Origin: Thermoplasmata archaeon
GTDB lineage: Archaea > Thermoplasmatota > Thermoplasmata > RBG-16-68-12 > JAFNFQ01
Length of the DNA: 64,000 bases
NCBI GenBank assembly: GCA_041489255.1
Contig: JBGPQV010000001.1
Location: 110,606 to 174,605, forward strand
Reading direction: 5' to 3'
Each line of letters starts with the position of its first letter. Positions within the stretch are counted from its first letter, which is position 1. The translations under genes and the position numbers were made by a program. A model generated the notes under the pieces. It ran no database searches, had not been told where the DNA came from, and saw nothing but the letters and a program-made list of their open reading frames with translations. This document shows positions 36,108 to 44,952 of this stretch, in pieces.

Positions 36108-37183
36108 ACGAACCCCCATGCGTGCTCGCAGTTGCCGACGACCTCGCCAAGGTCGGAAAGTGACCATTTGCGCGGACCCTCCTCGTACTCGAACCGCGTG
36201 ACGTTCACGGGGTATTCGTTGTAATACAGTATCGTCGTGATCGGTCCGAGGAACGGCTGAACTATCTTCCAGTAGGCCCTCGCGTAGGCCGCCATTTCCA
36301 TCTTGAGCTTCTGGCCCCCTTTCTCGCCCTGAAGGAGGAAGATCGGCAGGTCGTCCTCGTAGCGCTTGCTCATCTTGATTCCCTTGAGCTTGTGGAGCTT
36401 GCCGTCGCCGCCGTCGATGAACTGGAACCCCTTCGAAAGCATCCTCTCGCCCCAGTCGAACCCGCTGGCGTGACTCTCGGTCCTCCTGAGCATTGGCGGG
36501 CCGATGTGCGGCATGAAGTAGTCGATGTAGGAGTCGTTTTCAGATTGGAAGACTCCCCAGTACCATGGAGACGTCGGTGAGTTGATTCGGACCTTTTGGA
36601 AGTAAGCGGTCCCGTCAACTTCCTCCTTCGTCCCCGCCACCGACACGGTCCCCGTGACCCTGTTGCCGCGGATCTTGTGCATCTTGTACCCGAGGTGCCC
36701 GAGGTAATCCTTCCCAGTCGGGATGATCGAGTCCAGATGATTGGTCAACTTGTCCAGCGTGAGGTCAACGCGCGCGTCAGGGCGATCCACGAGGATGCGG
36801 TACGGCCTCGCCGTCGCATCGAGCGCGTAGGTGGAATCTGATTTGACCGAGAGAGTCCCGCCATCGTCCGTCCATCTCGTCTCCAAGTTACCGCCATCGA
36901 CGAACAGGGGGTCGTGCATTACCTCGCCGTCGTAGTACCATCCCGCCGCCATGCCCCTGGTATCAATGCTGTTACCTTTCCTCAGGAAGGCGCCGTCGTT
37001 CTTCCATGGGATGTCGTTGATCACGAGCTTCTTGCAGTTGCGGGTGCCCCAGAGAATGACCATCTGTTTGGTCCTATCCGGTCTGGCGGGATTCTTGAAG
37101 AAGAAAATGAACCACCACCACCACCAGGTCCTGCTCTTGAGCTCGTGAGAGCGGTCGATGTCGAGGACTTCCTGCCAGCTCAT
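36104..37183 (-). CDS. hypothetical Trp-rich protein (possible AttH/CrtC-like lipocalin fold)
   Basis: 359 aa. N-terminal TWWWWWFIFFF resembles the EWWYF motif of the AttH/CrtC hydratase-like family. 4-nt convergent overlap with truD. Confidence 0.5.
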   Translation of the reverse strand: MSWQEVLDIDRSHELKSRTWWWWWFIFFFKNPARPDRTKQMVILWGTRNCKKLVINDIPWKNDGAFLRKGNSIDTRGMAAGWYYDGEVMHDPLFVDGGNLETRWTDDGGTLSVKSDSTYALDATARPYRILVDRPDARVDLTLDKLTNHLDSIIPTGKDYLGHLGYKMHKIRGNRVTGTVSVAGTKEEVDGTAYFQKVRINSPTSPWYWGVFQSENDSYIDYFMPHIGPPMLRRTESHASGFDWGERMLSKGFQFIDGGDGKLHKLKGIKMSKRYEDDLPIFLLQGEKGGQKLKMEMAAYARAYWKIVQPFLGPITTILYYNEYPVNVTRFEYEEGPRKWSLSDLGEVVGNCEHAWGFV

Positions 37184-37285
37184 CGTCTCATTCCGAACCT
37201 GAAGCGGGTAATAACACTTTATGGCGGCGGTCTTCGCGAATTTCCTCGCATAATCTAAATACGCATCGTCCCTTGAGGTGCCTGA

Positions 37286-37768
37286 TTGAAAGTCGACGAA
37301 GTGATGACAAAGAGCCCGTTCACGCTCAGACCCGACCAGACGCTGAGGGAGGCCGCGATCAAGCTGGCAGACTTGAACGTGTCAGGCGCCCCCGTGGTCA
37401 GCGAGACCGGGGGGATTCTGGGGGTGCTCAGCGAGGTCGACATCCTGGAGGCGCTGAAGACCCATTACAAGGCGCTGAAGATGCTCATGCCGCCGGAGAT
37501 CACCTTCGGCATCAGCTTCGTCGAGGTCGTGAAGGAGAGAGACGCGATCAGGGCTTTCCAGGAGCTGAAGGACGTCAAGGTCAAGGACGTCATGAAGAAA
37601 CCGATCACCGTCAACCCTGGAGACAAGGTCGAGAACGCGATCAAACTGATGGTGGAGCACAAGATCAGCCGCGTGCCAGTGGTCGACCACGAGAAGGTCG
37701 TCGGGATAGTCACCCGCGGCGATGTCCTCAAGGGGTTCTTCCGGCAGGTCGGGCAGCTCGTCCTCTAG
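37286..37768 (+). CDS. CBS-pair domain protein
   Basis: Two CBS motifs. 160 aa from TTG at 37286, or 154 aa from ATG at 37304. Confidence 0.75.
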   Translation: MKVDEVMTKSPFTLRPDQTLREAAIKLADLNVSGAPVVSETGGILGVLSEVDILEALKTHYKALKMLMPPEITFGISFVEVVKERDAIRAFQELKDVKVKDVMKKPITVNPGDKVENAIKLMVEHKISRVPVVDHEKVVGIVTRGDVLKGFFRQVGQLVL

Positions 37769-39354
37769 TCCTTCCAGAGGTTCTTGAACTTGGACCACAC
37801 GCCAGTCGGCGCCCTCCACCTGTAGGTGTAGCCGCAGTCCGAGCACCTGCTCCATCCGTCGTCGGTGAACTGAAGGCGGTTCGAACCGCACGACGCGCAT
37901 ACGCCCTCCATCGGTTTCGCTATGCCCCTCTTTGCCCTTTCTTCGACCAGTTTGGGCTCGAGCCTCCTTGAGGCCTCGGCGGCGTTCTTGGCGAAAATTG
38001 TGCCGTTCACGTAGTCGCCTTCGGTAAGGATGTCCTTGGCCTGCTGTAGGAGCGTCCGCGCTTCCCCGACGTCAATCCCGAAGCTCTCCGCCTCGTCGAT
38101 TACTGGCTCAATCTGCGTCACGATCGCCTGAGCCTTCTCGACCTGCCGCCTGCGGAGTTCCATCGCCCGGAGTATCTGGTTTTGCTGGCTCTCCATGGCA
38201 GCCCTCTCGGCCCTCTTTACCAGCTCGCTCGCGAGCAGGTATTCCTTCGACGCGAAGGCCGTCTTCGCCTTTGAGACGAGGCGCTCCGCCTCGGAGATAT
38301 CCGCGCCGACATGCTTCGCCTCTTCTATTATCAATACCGTGCCTGGAATTGCCTCTTCTATGTTCCTCAGCCGCTCTTGCTTCGCGGTCTCGGCCATCTC
38401 GATCGCCCTGGCCGAGTGCTCGAGGCTCCTCTTGTACTCGCTCCGCTTGAGTGCGTCCCTGGCCTCGCTCAGCATCTCCTCCGCCTTGCGCACGTCAGCA
38501 CCCAGGTTTGAGATGTCCCGCATGACCTCCTGTGTCCTATGTATCTCGTCCCTGGCCCTCTGTACCTCCGCTGAGAACAAGCTCCTGCTAACCGCCTCGA
38601 GTTCCTTCAGCTGCCCGTTCATCCCGCCAGTATCCCCCTCTCGGAAGAGCCTCTTCGCCGTGCGCAGGATATCCGCGGCCTTCTCCACATCCCGCCCCGC
38701 CTTGCCGCATTCCTCCACGAGGCGCTGCGCGGAAAGAATCGCGTAGGCTAGCGTCGAGTTCTCCATCTCCTTCCTGCACTTCTCTGCAGACTCCCTCGCC
38801 TCCACCGCCGCACTCAGCGCGCCCTCGAAGTTCTTCTCTTCGAAACGCATCCTCGCCTGGTCGAGCAGATCCTCGCAGTGATCGAAGTCGACTTCCAAAC
38901 TGAGGGCTTGCTTCAACGCCGGGTCGACGGTAGAGTCCTCCAGAGGAGGCAGCCTGACAGCCTCGGCTGTCTTGACAATCTCACCCTTGACCTCCTCAAG
39001 CTCGTCCTTGATCGTGTCCAACGATTTCTCGGATTTCAGCGACTCGGCGATCGCAGCTGCGGACGGATGAGAGATCAAGGTGCTGATGAGTTCCTTCCTA
39101 TGTTCATCTTTCGAGACGGAGACGCCATGTCTTGCCGCGATGTCCTTCAGTTCCTTCAGGCTCTTGCTGTCCAGCAAGTGTGGCAGGCTACCCTCCCATG
39201 CTTTGACGACGTCGCCTATGTTCTCGAGGGAGGTGAGCTTGGTGACGAACTCGTCACGCTTTTTCATGCCTTCGGTCTGGATCCCGGCCTGGGCCGCGAT
39301 CTCTTTCAGCTCGCGCAGGCTCATCTCTTTCAAACGGAGGTCGACGCGGGGCAT
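37765..39354 (-). CDS. 529-aa protein: two Rho_N/SAP-like N-terminal motifs, five ~65-aa alpha-helical repeats, C-terminal zinc ribbon
   Basis: Rho_N/SAP-like motifs SLRELKEIAAQAGIQTEGMKKRDEFVTKL and LKELKDIAARHGVSVSKDEHRKELISTLI. Repeats carry (E/D)GDY...A..A.EA signatures. C-terminal CASCGS...CSDCGY zinc ribbon. Confidence 0.7.
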   Translation of the reverse strand: MPRVDLRLKEMSLRELKEIAAQAGIQTEGMKKRDEFVTKLTSLENIGDVVKAWEGSLPHLLDSKSLKELKDIAARHGVSVSKDEHRKELISTLISHPSAAAIAESLKSEKSLDTIKDELEEVKGEIVKTAEAVRLPPLEDSTVDPALKQALSLEVDFDHCEDLLDQARMRFEEKNFEGALSAAVEARESAEKCRKEMENSTLAYAILSAQRLVEECGKAGRDVEKAADILRTAKRLFREGDTGGMNGQLKELEAVSRSLFSAEVQRARDEIHRTQEVMRDISNLGADVRKAEEMLSEARDALKRSEYKRSLEHSARAIEMAETAKQERLRNIEEAIPGTVLIIEEAKHVGADISEAERLVSKAKTAFASKEYLLASELVKRAERAAMESQQNQILRAMELRRRQVEKAQAIVTQIEPVIDEAESFGIDVGEARTLLQQAKDILTEGDYVNGTIFAKNAAEASRRLEPKLVEERAKRGIAKPMEGVCASCGSNRLQFTDDGWSRCSDCGYTYRWRAPTGVWSKFKNLWKD

Positions 39355-39466
39355 GATTGCACTCCCAATAGACGCCGGGCATTCTCATCCGGTGCAATAG
39401 GATAAAAGTTTCGGGAAGGTTCGCACGGAAGGATATTTGGCGGGCAATCTCTGAATCAATTGCAAC

Positions 39467-39814
39467 CTAGAGAGTCCTCTCCATGAACCCTCCGATCTCC
39501 TTCTGGATGACCGATACGAGGTCCTTCGAAAACTCCTCTCTCATCTTTGGCGGCACCAATTCGAGCCCGAGCTTGACCCCCGCTTTCGCCAGCTTCACGA
39601 GCGCGTAGCCCTCCTTAATCTTGGCCTCCATGAGCTCCTCGACGGCGGCCTTCATCTCGTTCTTCAGCTCTGGGTTCTCGTCAATCTTCTTCCTGATATA
39701 TTTCTTGACTTCGTCCCTGACCATGTCCTTGAGGGCCTCCGCGACGAGGTTCTCCGCGCGGAGCATGTTGGTCGATTCGGCAAGCATATCCTCTATGGGC
39801 GTGCGCTCGGACAT
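39467..39814 (-). CDS. small alpha-helical hypothetical protein
   Basis: 115 aa, charged helical composition, no family recognised. Confidence 0.45.
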   Translation of the reverse strand: MSERTPIEDMLAESTNMLRAENLVAEALKDMVRDEVKKYIRKKIDENPELKNEMKAAVEELMEAKIKEGYALVKLAKAGVKLGLELVPPKMREEFSKDLVSVIQKEIGGFMERTL

Positions 39815-39878
39815 GCTGACGCTATCCGAGATGGCGGTAATAAGTGTTTGCGGTCTCGATGGCGGTCAGCGATCGCCC

Positions 39879-40466
39879 TCAGATTTTCCCAACGAGGTCC
39901 CAGCGAGGTTTCAGCGTCTTCTTGCCCGGCTCCCAGCTCGCGGGGCAGGCTTCTCTCTTGGTCTCCCTGACGTACTTCGCCGCCCGCAACTTTCTGAGCA
40001 GCTCCTTGACGCTCCTACCTATGTTGTTGTCGTGGATCTCAAATGCCTTGACGATCCCGTCTGGATCGATGACGAAGGTGCCCCTGTAGGCCACGCCTTC
40101 ATCGCTTTTATAGACGCTAAATTCCCTAGCGAGGCTGCCCGTCGGGTCGGCGATCATGGGGAACCTGACCTTGTTCACGGTCTTCGAGGTGTCATGCCAT
40201 GCTTTGTGCGAGTGGACTGAGTCGGTGCTGGCGCTCAACACCTCGACGCCGAGTCTCTTGAACTGGTCATAGTTGTCGGCGAGTTCGCCGAGCTCCGTCG
40301 GGCAGACGAACGTGAAATCCCCGGGGTAGAACATGAGCACGACCCACTTCCCTTTGTAATCTGACAGATTGATTTTCTTGATTCCACCCTGGTGGTAAGC
40401 CCGCACCTCCAGGTCAGGGACCTTCTCGTTTATTGACACCATTTCGATTACGCCTTCCCGGTTCAA
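39879..40466 (-). CDS. peroxiredoxin (thioredoxin-dependent peroxidase)
   Basis: Peroxidatic FTFVCPTE motif, 195 aa. TTG start at 40466 or ATG at 40442. Confidence 0.85.
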   Translation of the reverse strand: MNREGVIEMVSINEKVPDLEVRAYHQGGIKKINLSDYKGKWVVLMFYPGDFTFVCPTELGELADNYDQFKRLGVEVLSASTDSVHSHKAWHDTSKTVNKVRFPMIADPTGSLAREFSVYKSDEGVAYRGTFVIDPDGIVKAFEIHDNNIGRSVKELLRKLRAAKYVRETKREACPASWEPGKKTLKPRWDLVGKI

Positions 40467-40589
40467 TAGGCGGTAGCGGTTAATGAGTTTTTAGGATTCC
40501 CGAGATGGTTGGCGTGGGTACCGCCACGGGAATAGGATTGATACTAAGCCACCGCAACCCTTTAACGATTGAGCACCATGGTGCCCGCC

Positions 40590-40664
40590 GGACCCGTGGC
40601 CTAGACAGGATATGGCACCGGCTTTCTAAGCCGGCGATCCCGGGTTCGAATCCCGGCGGGTCCG
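40590..40664 (+). tRNA. tRNA-Arg(TCT), copy 1, full length
   Basis: Acceptor GGACCCG/CGGGTCC; anticodon stem CCGGC/GCCGG; loop TTTCTAA; T-arm CCGGG-TTCGAAT-CCCGG; discriminator G. Confidence 0.8.
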
Positions 40665-40708
40665 TCTCAGACCGTATCGACCGCCCTGTTGGCTCTCGGA
40701 TAATCAGA

Positions 40709-41146
40709 CTATTGAGAACGATTATGCTTCGTTGGTCTCGGCGGAGTCTTGCCGCGCAGGGTGCAGATGCTGAACTCGGCGTCCAAGGCAACTCTCCCAC
40801 TCAGCTTCTTGACCTCTTCGAGGGCGGCGAGGGCACGTTGTTCGTCGAACGGATATACATCATTGGCTGCCCACACCCTCACATATGGATTGTCGTGGTC
40901 TAGGAGCGAGTTCAAGGCTTGCTTGCCCTCATCTCCAGCTCTCTTCAGTCCGCGTGCCGCCGCAATGACGCGCCTAGCGTATCGATTCACCGTCAGTGGA
41001 TGTGAGTGAGCGTCACACGCGGCTCCGTACTTGATTGCGGCATCGACATAACGAGCCTTCAGTCGGGCGACGGCCCGAGATTCGTCTTGAATGCTCATGG
41101 CCGCCACTCGCCCCCTGAGATCATCTCGAGTACCTGCCAACCTCAA
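40709..41146 (-). CDS. small HEAT-like repeat protein, paralog A
   Basis: 145 aa. LL.H.NP.VR..AA HEAT-type motif. ~35% identical to paralog B. Confidence 0.5.
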   Translation of the reverse strand: MRLAGTRDDLRGRVAAMSIQDESRAVARLKARYVDAAIKYGAACDAHSHPLTVNRYARRVIAAARGLKRAGDEGKQALNSLLDHDNPYVRVWAANDVYPFDEQRALAALEEVKKLSGRVALDAEFSICTLRGKTPPRPTKHNRSQ

Positions 41147-41184
41147 CCCGAGTACCCATCATAAGATTTCCCGATGGTTTACGC

Positions 41185-41249
41185 CCTAGACAGGATATGG
41201 CACCGGCTTTCTAAGCCGGCGATCCCGGGTTCGAATCCCGGCGGGTCCG
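41185..41249 (+). pseudogene. 5'-truncated copy of tRNA-Arg(TCT) (positions ~12-73)
   Basis: 100% identical to copies 1 and 3 from CCTAGACAGG through the 3' end plus TCTCAG. Lacks the 5' acceptor strand. Confidence 0.7.
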
Positions 41250-41424
41250 TCTCAGTCCATATAAACCGGCGTCATTCGAGCGGGATTGAGCGAACACGAC
41301 TGATGCGCTTCCAGCCTCTGACCCTGAAAAATCCCCTTCCCCACTTCCAAGGGAGCAGCCCTCGATACTTCGCCTTCAGGCGAGAAGGATTCGACGTGGA
41401 CTGGGGTCTCTTTGATCCCCACTC

Positions 41425-41805
41425 TCAGGGGTGGAGCCGCCCCGCCCGCCACTCCCGCAAGACCATCTTTGCATTGAAGCCAACAATGCTTTTCTCCCTC
41501 GTCAAGGCCTCAATCATTTTCGTTGCTTCCGCTTCGTGATACTTCAGGTATATGCTCGCTGCGACCAAACGTACCCAAGGATTCGAATGCTCTAGTAGCG
41601 CATGAATCGCGTGCCGTCCGGCTTCTCCTTTCTTCTCCAAGCGCTTCCTGAGACTATCATAACGCTTGTACTGCTTGTTCGTCGTCTTGTAGTCGGCCGC
41701 ATCGGCCGCAGCTCCATGCTTGGTGACTGCGTCCACGAACTCTTCGACCAAACTCGAGATGGATTCCGGATTGCGCAGAATGCGACTCTTCACCCGCGGC
41801 GGCAT
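41425..41805 (-). CDS. small HEAT-like repeat protein, paralog B
   Basis: 126 aa. Homologous to 40709..41146 (FVDAV.KHGAA.DA...LLEHSNPWVRLVAAS). Confidence 0.5.
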   Translation of the reverse strand: MPPRVKSRILRNPESISSLVEEFVDAVTKHGAAADAADYKTTNKQYKRYDSLRKRLEKKGEAGRHAIHALLEHSNPWVRLVAASIYLKYHEAEATKMIEALTREKSIVGFNAKMVLREWRAGRLHP

Positions 41806-41900
41806 TGGCGTTGGCGGGATATTAAGGTTGTATGGAACCGGGGGGAAAAGAAACTCCCGCCACCGCCACGGTTCGACGAGTGAATACCATAACGCCCCCC

Positions 41901-41975
41901 GGACCCGTGGCCTAGACAGGATATGGCACCGGCTTTCTAAGCCGGCGATCCCGGGTTCGAATCCCGGCGGGTCCG
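41901..41975 (+). tRNA. tRNA-Arg(TCT), copy 3, full length, identical to copy 1
   Basis: Same 75-nt sequence as 40590..40664. Confidence 0.8.
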
Positions 41976-42134
41976 TCTATTCCCGAAGAAGGATAAAACT
42001 AATCAACCGTTTAGGCCAAAGTGGTCGTTCGACCTCTTTTCCTTTGGTTCCTGTCCCCCCAAGCTCCTGCCTGGAAACGGGCGGGGACACCTTTCCTCTT
42101 TTATACATTGGATTTATTGCCGCAATCGATTCAT

Positions 42135-42392
42135 ATGCCGAAGAAAGACTATCAGGGATATTTGTCTGTGATTGGGGAGGTGCTCAAACAGGATGCACTG
42201 GTGTTGAAGGCTGAAGTTGCGGGGAAGAAATCTTACGATGAGGGAACACTCACCGGCTATGCTCTCGCTCTCGACACCATGTTAGATTATCTTGAAATGT
42301 TCAACCTGAAACCTAAGGATTTAGGTTGGAAAGACTTCATTCCGGAGCGTGATTTATTGAGTGGCCGCAAGCCCATGAAAAGAAAGAAATGA
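42135..42392 (+). CDS. small hypothetical protein in lower-GC DNA
   Basis: 85 aa from internal ATG (MPKKDYQGYLSVIGEV...). By eye this stretch is noticeably AT-richer than the window. Confidence 0.4.
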   Translation: MPKKDYQGYLSVIGEVLKQDALVLKAEVAGKKSYDEGTLTGYALALDTMLDYLEMFNLKPKDLGWKDFIPERDLLSGRKPMKRKK

Positions 42393-42934
42393 GAAGTTAA
42401 GTCACGTTTCATGTTTCAGGGCAAGGGAACGATACGGAATCCGAATTGCAAGTAGGGAGTAGGGACTCGCTCTCCCGCACTCGGATCGAGGGCGGGGACA
42501 CCATTGCGTCTCACCTCCCTTGACCGCGCCTGGCTTCCCCGAACCCAAGCTGTGATCGCAAGCGCTCGGACGATTATGTTCACGCAGCCCTGTCACGTCC
42601 TCTACGTCGCCGGCATGCCATCGGCGACGCGCTCACTCGATGATTCGGGCCTCCACGGGGAACGATCCTTTTCCGCGTCTTTCCAACACGGGAAATGCCT
42701 CGCTTTTTCGGAAGGTCCACCTCGTTCTCTCCTCGTTCACACCTCGCTCTCACCTGATATAGAGGCTTTACACTCGCCTTTCGAGGCTTTCTGATCCTCG
42801 GCATACACGCGGGCATGGCGGCGATCAGCCCTCAAAAACCGCCAAGAACGCTGATTCTCCGCGAATCAATTAAGAGGAGGATGCGCGCATGACTTTGCGC
42901 CGTTTCACCTCGGCGGGAATCGGGGGAGAGGATC

Positions 42935-43522
42935 ATGGCGAAGATAACGAACATATTCGGTACCAAGTTCCGCGGTCGGATAGGCAAGGACATGGTCGCG
43001 ACGTCGTGGAAGGGGCACGAGTACCTGCGCACGTACGTCGTCCCGCACGACCCGAAGACGGAGGACCAGCTGGCGCAGAGGGGCCTGCTCGGGAAGGCGG
43101 TGGAGGCATGGCGGGAGCTGTCGAAACCGCAGACCAGGTTCTTCAACGCCCTGGCGCACGGGATGTCCGGGTACAACCTCTTCATCCGCAGGCACATCAG
43201 GGCGGCTGTCGACGGGCGGGAGCTGGAGCTCCCCGCCGTGATGAGGTGGCGGACGGAGGGCGGGCAGCGCATGAAGGACGCGAGGCTGGTGGTCGCGCAC
43301 GACGGACGTCACGTCTTCAACGACGACCTCGGGGACGGCGTGATCGAGATCGCGCTCACGAGGTCGGACGCGCCGTACAGCTTCGAGCTCAGGAAGGGAC
43401 ACCAGGAGGAGGTCGTGAAAGTATTCGAGAACGAACTGCAGGTTGACTTGCTGGCGGTCCTGGAGAGCGAGGCATTGGGCATCAAGCTCGTCCCGGACAC
43501 GCCGGATCCGAAAGCACCATGA
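42935..43522 (+). CDS. hypothetical protein
   Basis: 195 aa. ATG preceded by GGGGGAGAGGATC SD-like sequence. No family recognised. Confidence 0.5.
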   Translation: MAKITNIFGTKFRGRIGKDMVATSWKGHEYLRTYVVPHDPKTEDQLAQRGLLGKAVEAWRELSKPQTRFFNALAHGMSGYNLFIRRHIRAAVDGRELELPAVMRWRTEGGQRMKDARLVVAHDGRHVFNDDLGDGVIEIALTRSDAPYSFELRKGHQEEVVKVFENELQVDLLAVLESEALGIKLVPDTPDPKAP

Positions 43523-43639
43523 CGTGCAAGAGCTGGCGGGTCACACCGTCTGAGGTCGCTTCCCCCGCGCACTCTGAGAATGGATATCAGGAATCCCGCA
43601 ACGAGGATGATCATTTCCATCGGCAATATCCGGGGTTCT

Positions 43640-43953
43640 GTTGAGCCAGGGCGAGCCTGACCGCTCCGTTGAATCTTCTCCAAGGAGTTCCTCACCCGGG
43701 TCACCGCCACGTAGACTATCGCCTTCGTGACCGGATCTATGGCCACCCAGACGTAGCAGTCCCGCCTGCCCTCCATGAGGGGCGCCTCGTCCACGACTAC
43801 GATATCGGGCAGCCCCCCTTGGTGGAACATGCCCGCCATGGCCGTCCCGAACTTCTGTATCCAGCCCCAGACAGCCAGGTGGCTTCTCCTGCGCACAACA
43901 CCTTTTTCTTTCAGGAGACCTATCAGACCTTCGGTCCCACTCGCTTCTGGCAT
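43640..43953 (-). pseudogene. IS6-like DDE transposase N-terminal fragment
   Basis: W.QKFG ... DIVVVDEAPLMEGRRDCYVWVAIDPVTKAIVYVAVTRVRNS matches the IS6-family first catalytic D and AID-box region. The frame degenerates after ~105 aa. Confidence 0.45.
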
Positions 43954-44019
43954 GTTTGATTACAAAACTGCATCAGGAGTGAAGGGACTTCCTTTTCGCT
44001 AACTTGACAGAACCGGAGG

Positions 44020-44952
44020 ATGGGCGGCACAAGTATCTTATGGCGGCGTTGCCAATGCTTCATCATGTGGGGTCATGGCGTTCGTGAGGGCCCGTCTTCT
44101 GCGTTTGTGTTGTCCGCGCTGATCGCCGCGGCATTGATCATCTGCGCATTTCCGGATTCTACGGCGGCGTCAGGGGACAAGCCGTCGTGGAGCGTTGGGG
44201 ACTATTGGGAATACGATGGTTGGAACTACCCCTACGTCTTCAAGCAAAGGGTTGAGGTCAAGGGCGAGGAGACGTTAATCCAGAACGGGAGGAGCTATTC
44301 CGCCTTCAAGCTCTTCTTTAACAGTACCCTATCCCTCGGACCCGAAGTTGAGACGTATACATACTCCCATTGGTACCAATCATCCGACTTATCCCTCCTC
44401 AGGTTAGAATCCAACATGAGCGCCATAAACGCCACCGCCACAGTGACTTACGACCCGCCATTGCCCGTATTCCAATTTCCTATGGAGGTCGGCGAGACGT
44501 GGACATCGTCAAGCAACATCGTCATGAACAAGACTTGCACGAATTGCACCCTTATCGTACCAACGAACCTCAACAGGGAAATCACTTCAATCGTCGACCT
44601 CACCCTGACCTTGAATATGAGTGGACAAGGACAGACGCGCACATTCAGAACCTACGTGCTTAAGGAGTCATGGACGACGCCCGGCCACTATCTCTCTTAT
44701 TACTCGGATGACGCCGGTTTCTGGGTCAAGCGCGAAGCATTCGCTGACAACGGCACAAGGATGATGGAGTATTCCTTGACATCATTCGGCTATGCGCTAG
44801 CGCCCGCCCCGCCAAATACGATAATCATGGTAATCATCATCGTCATCGTGGCCTGTGCGATTACCGTATTCATCATCCTGATTCGGCTGCGAAGAAGGTC
44901 AGCTGCGAGCCTGCCTCGGTCCGAGGACGAGACTGAGCCGCCACTCCCCTAG
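44020..44952 (+). CDS. membrane-anchored extracellular protein with multiple N-glycosylation sequons
   Basis: Signal-like N-terminus. Eight or more N-X-S/T sequons. C-terminal TM IIMVIIIVIVACAITVFIIL plus RLRRR. Lower GC than the window average. Confidence 0.55.
   Translation: MGGTSILWRRCQCFIMWGHGVREGPSSAFVLSALIAAALIICAFPDSTAASGDKPSWSVGDYWEYDGWNYPYVFKQRVEVKGEETLIQNGRSYSAFKLFFNSTLSLGPEVETYTYSHWYQSSDLSLLRLESNMSAINATATVTYDPPLPVFQFPMEVGETWTSSSNIVMNKTCTNCTLIVPTNLNREITSIVDLTLTLNMSGQGQTRTFRTYVLKESWTTPGHYLSYYSDDAGFWVKREAFADNGTRMMEYSLTSFGYALAPAPPNTIIMVIIIVIVACAITVFIILIRLRRRSAASLPRSEDETEPPLP

Noticed and set aside
41174-41539. 121-aa + strand ORF overlapping the truncated tRNA-Arg copy (similarly 40505..40903 over copy 1)
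   Set aside because: Its translation is of the tRNA sequence itself (…RIWHRLSKPAIPGSNPGGSV…), recurring at each copy. It is an artefact.
42640-42700. Possible RNase P RNA from the GGAAGGTCC P4-like motif
   Set aside because: Single near-match without the companion ACAGAA or other conserved regions. Mentioned only as a pointer for an Rfam scan.
42504-42794. Short ORFs (42504..42794 +, 42580..42816 -) in the non-coding stretch
   Set aside because: No start context, poor composition, and mutually overlapping. The region is treated as non-coding.
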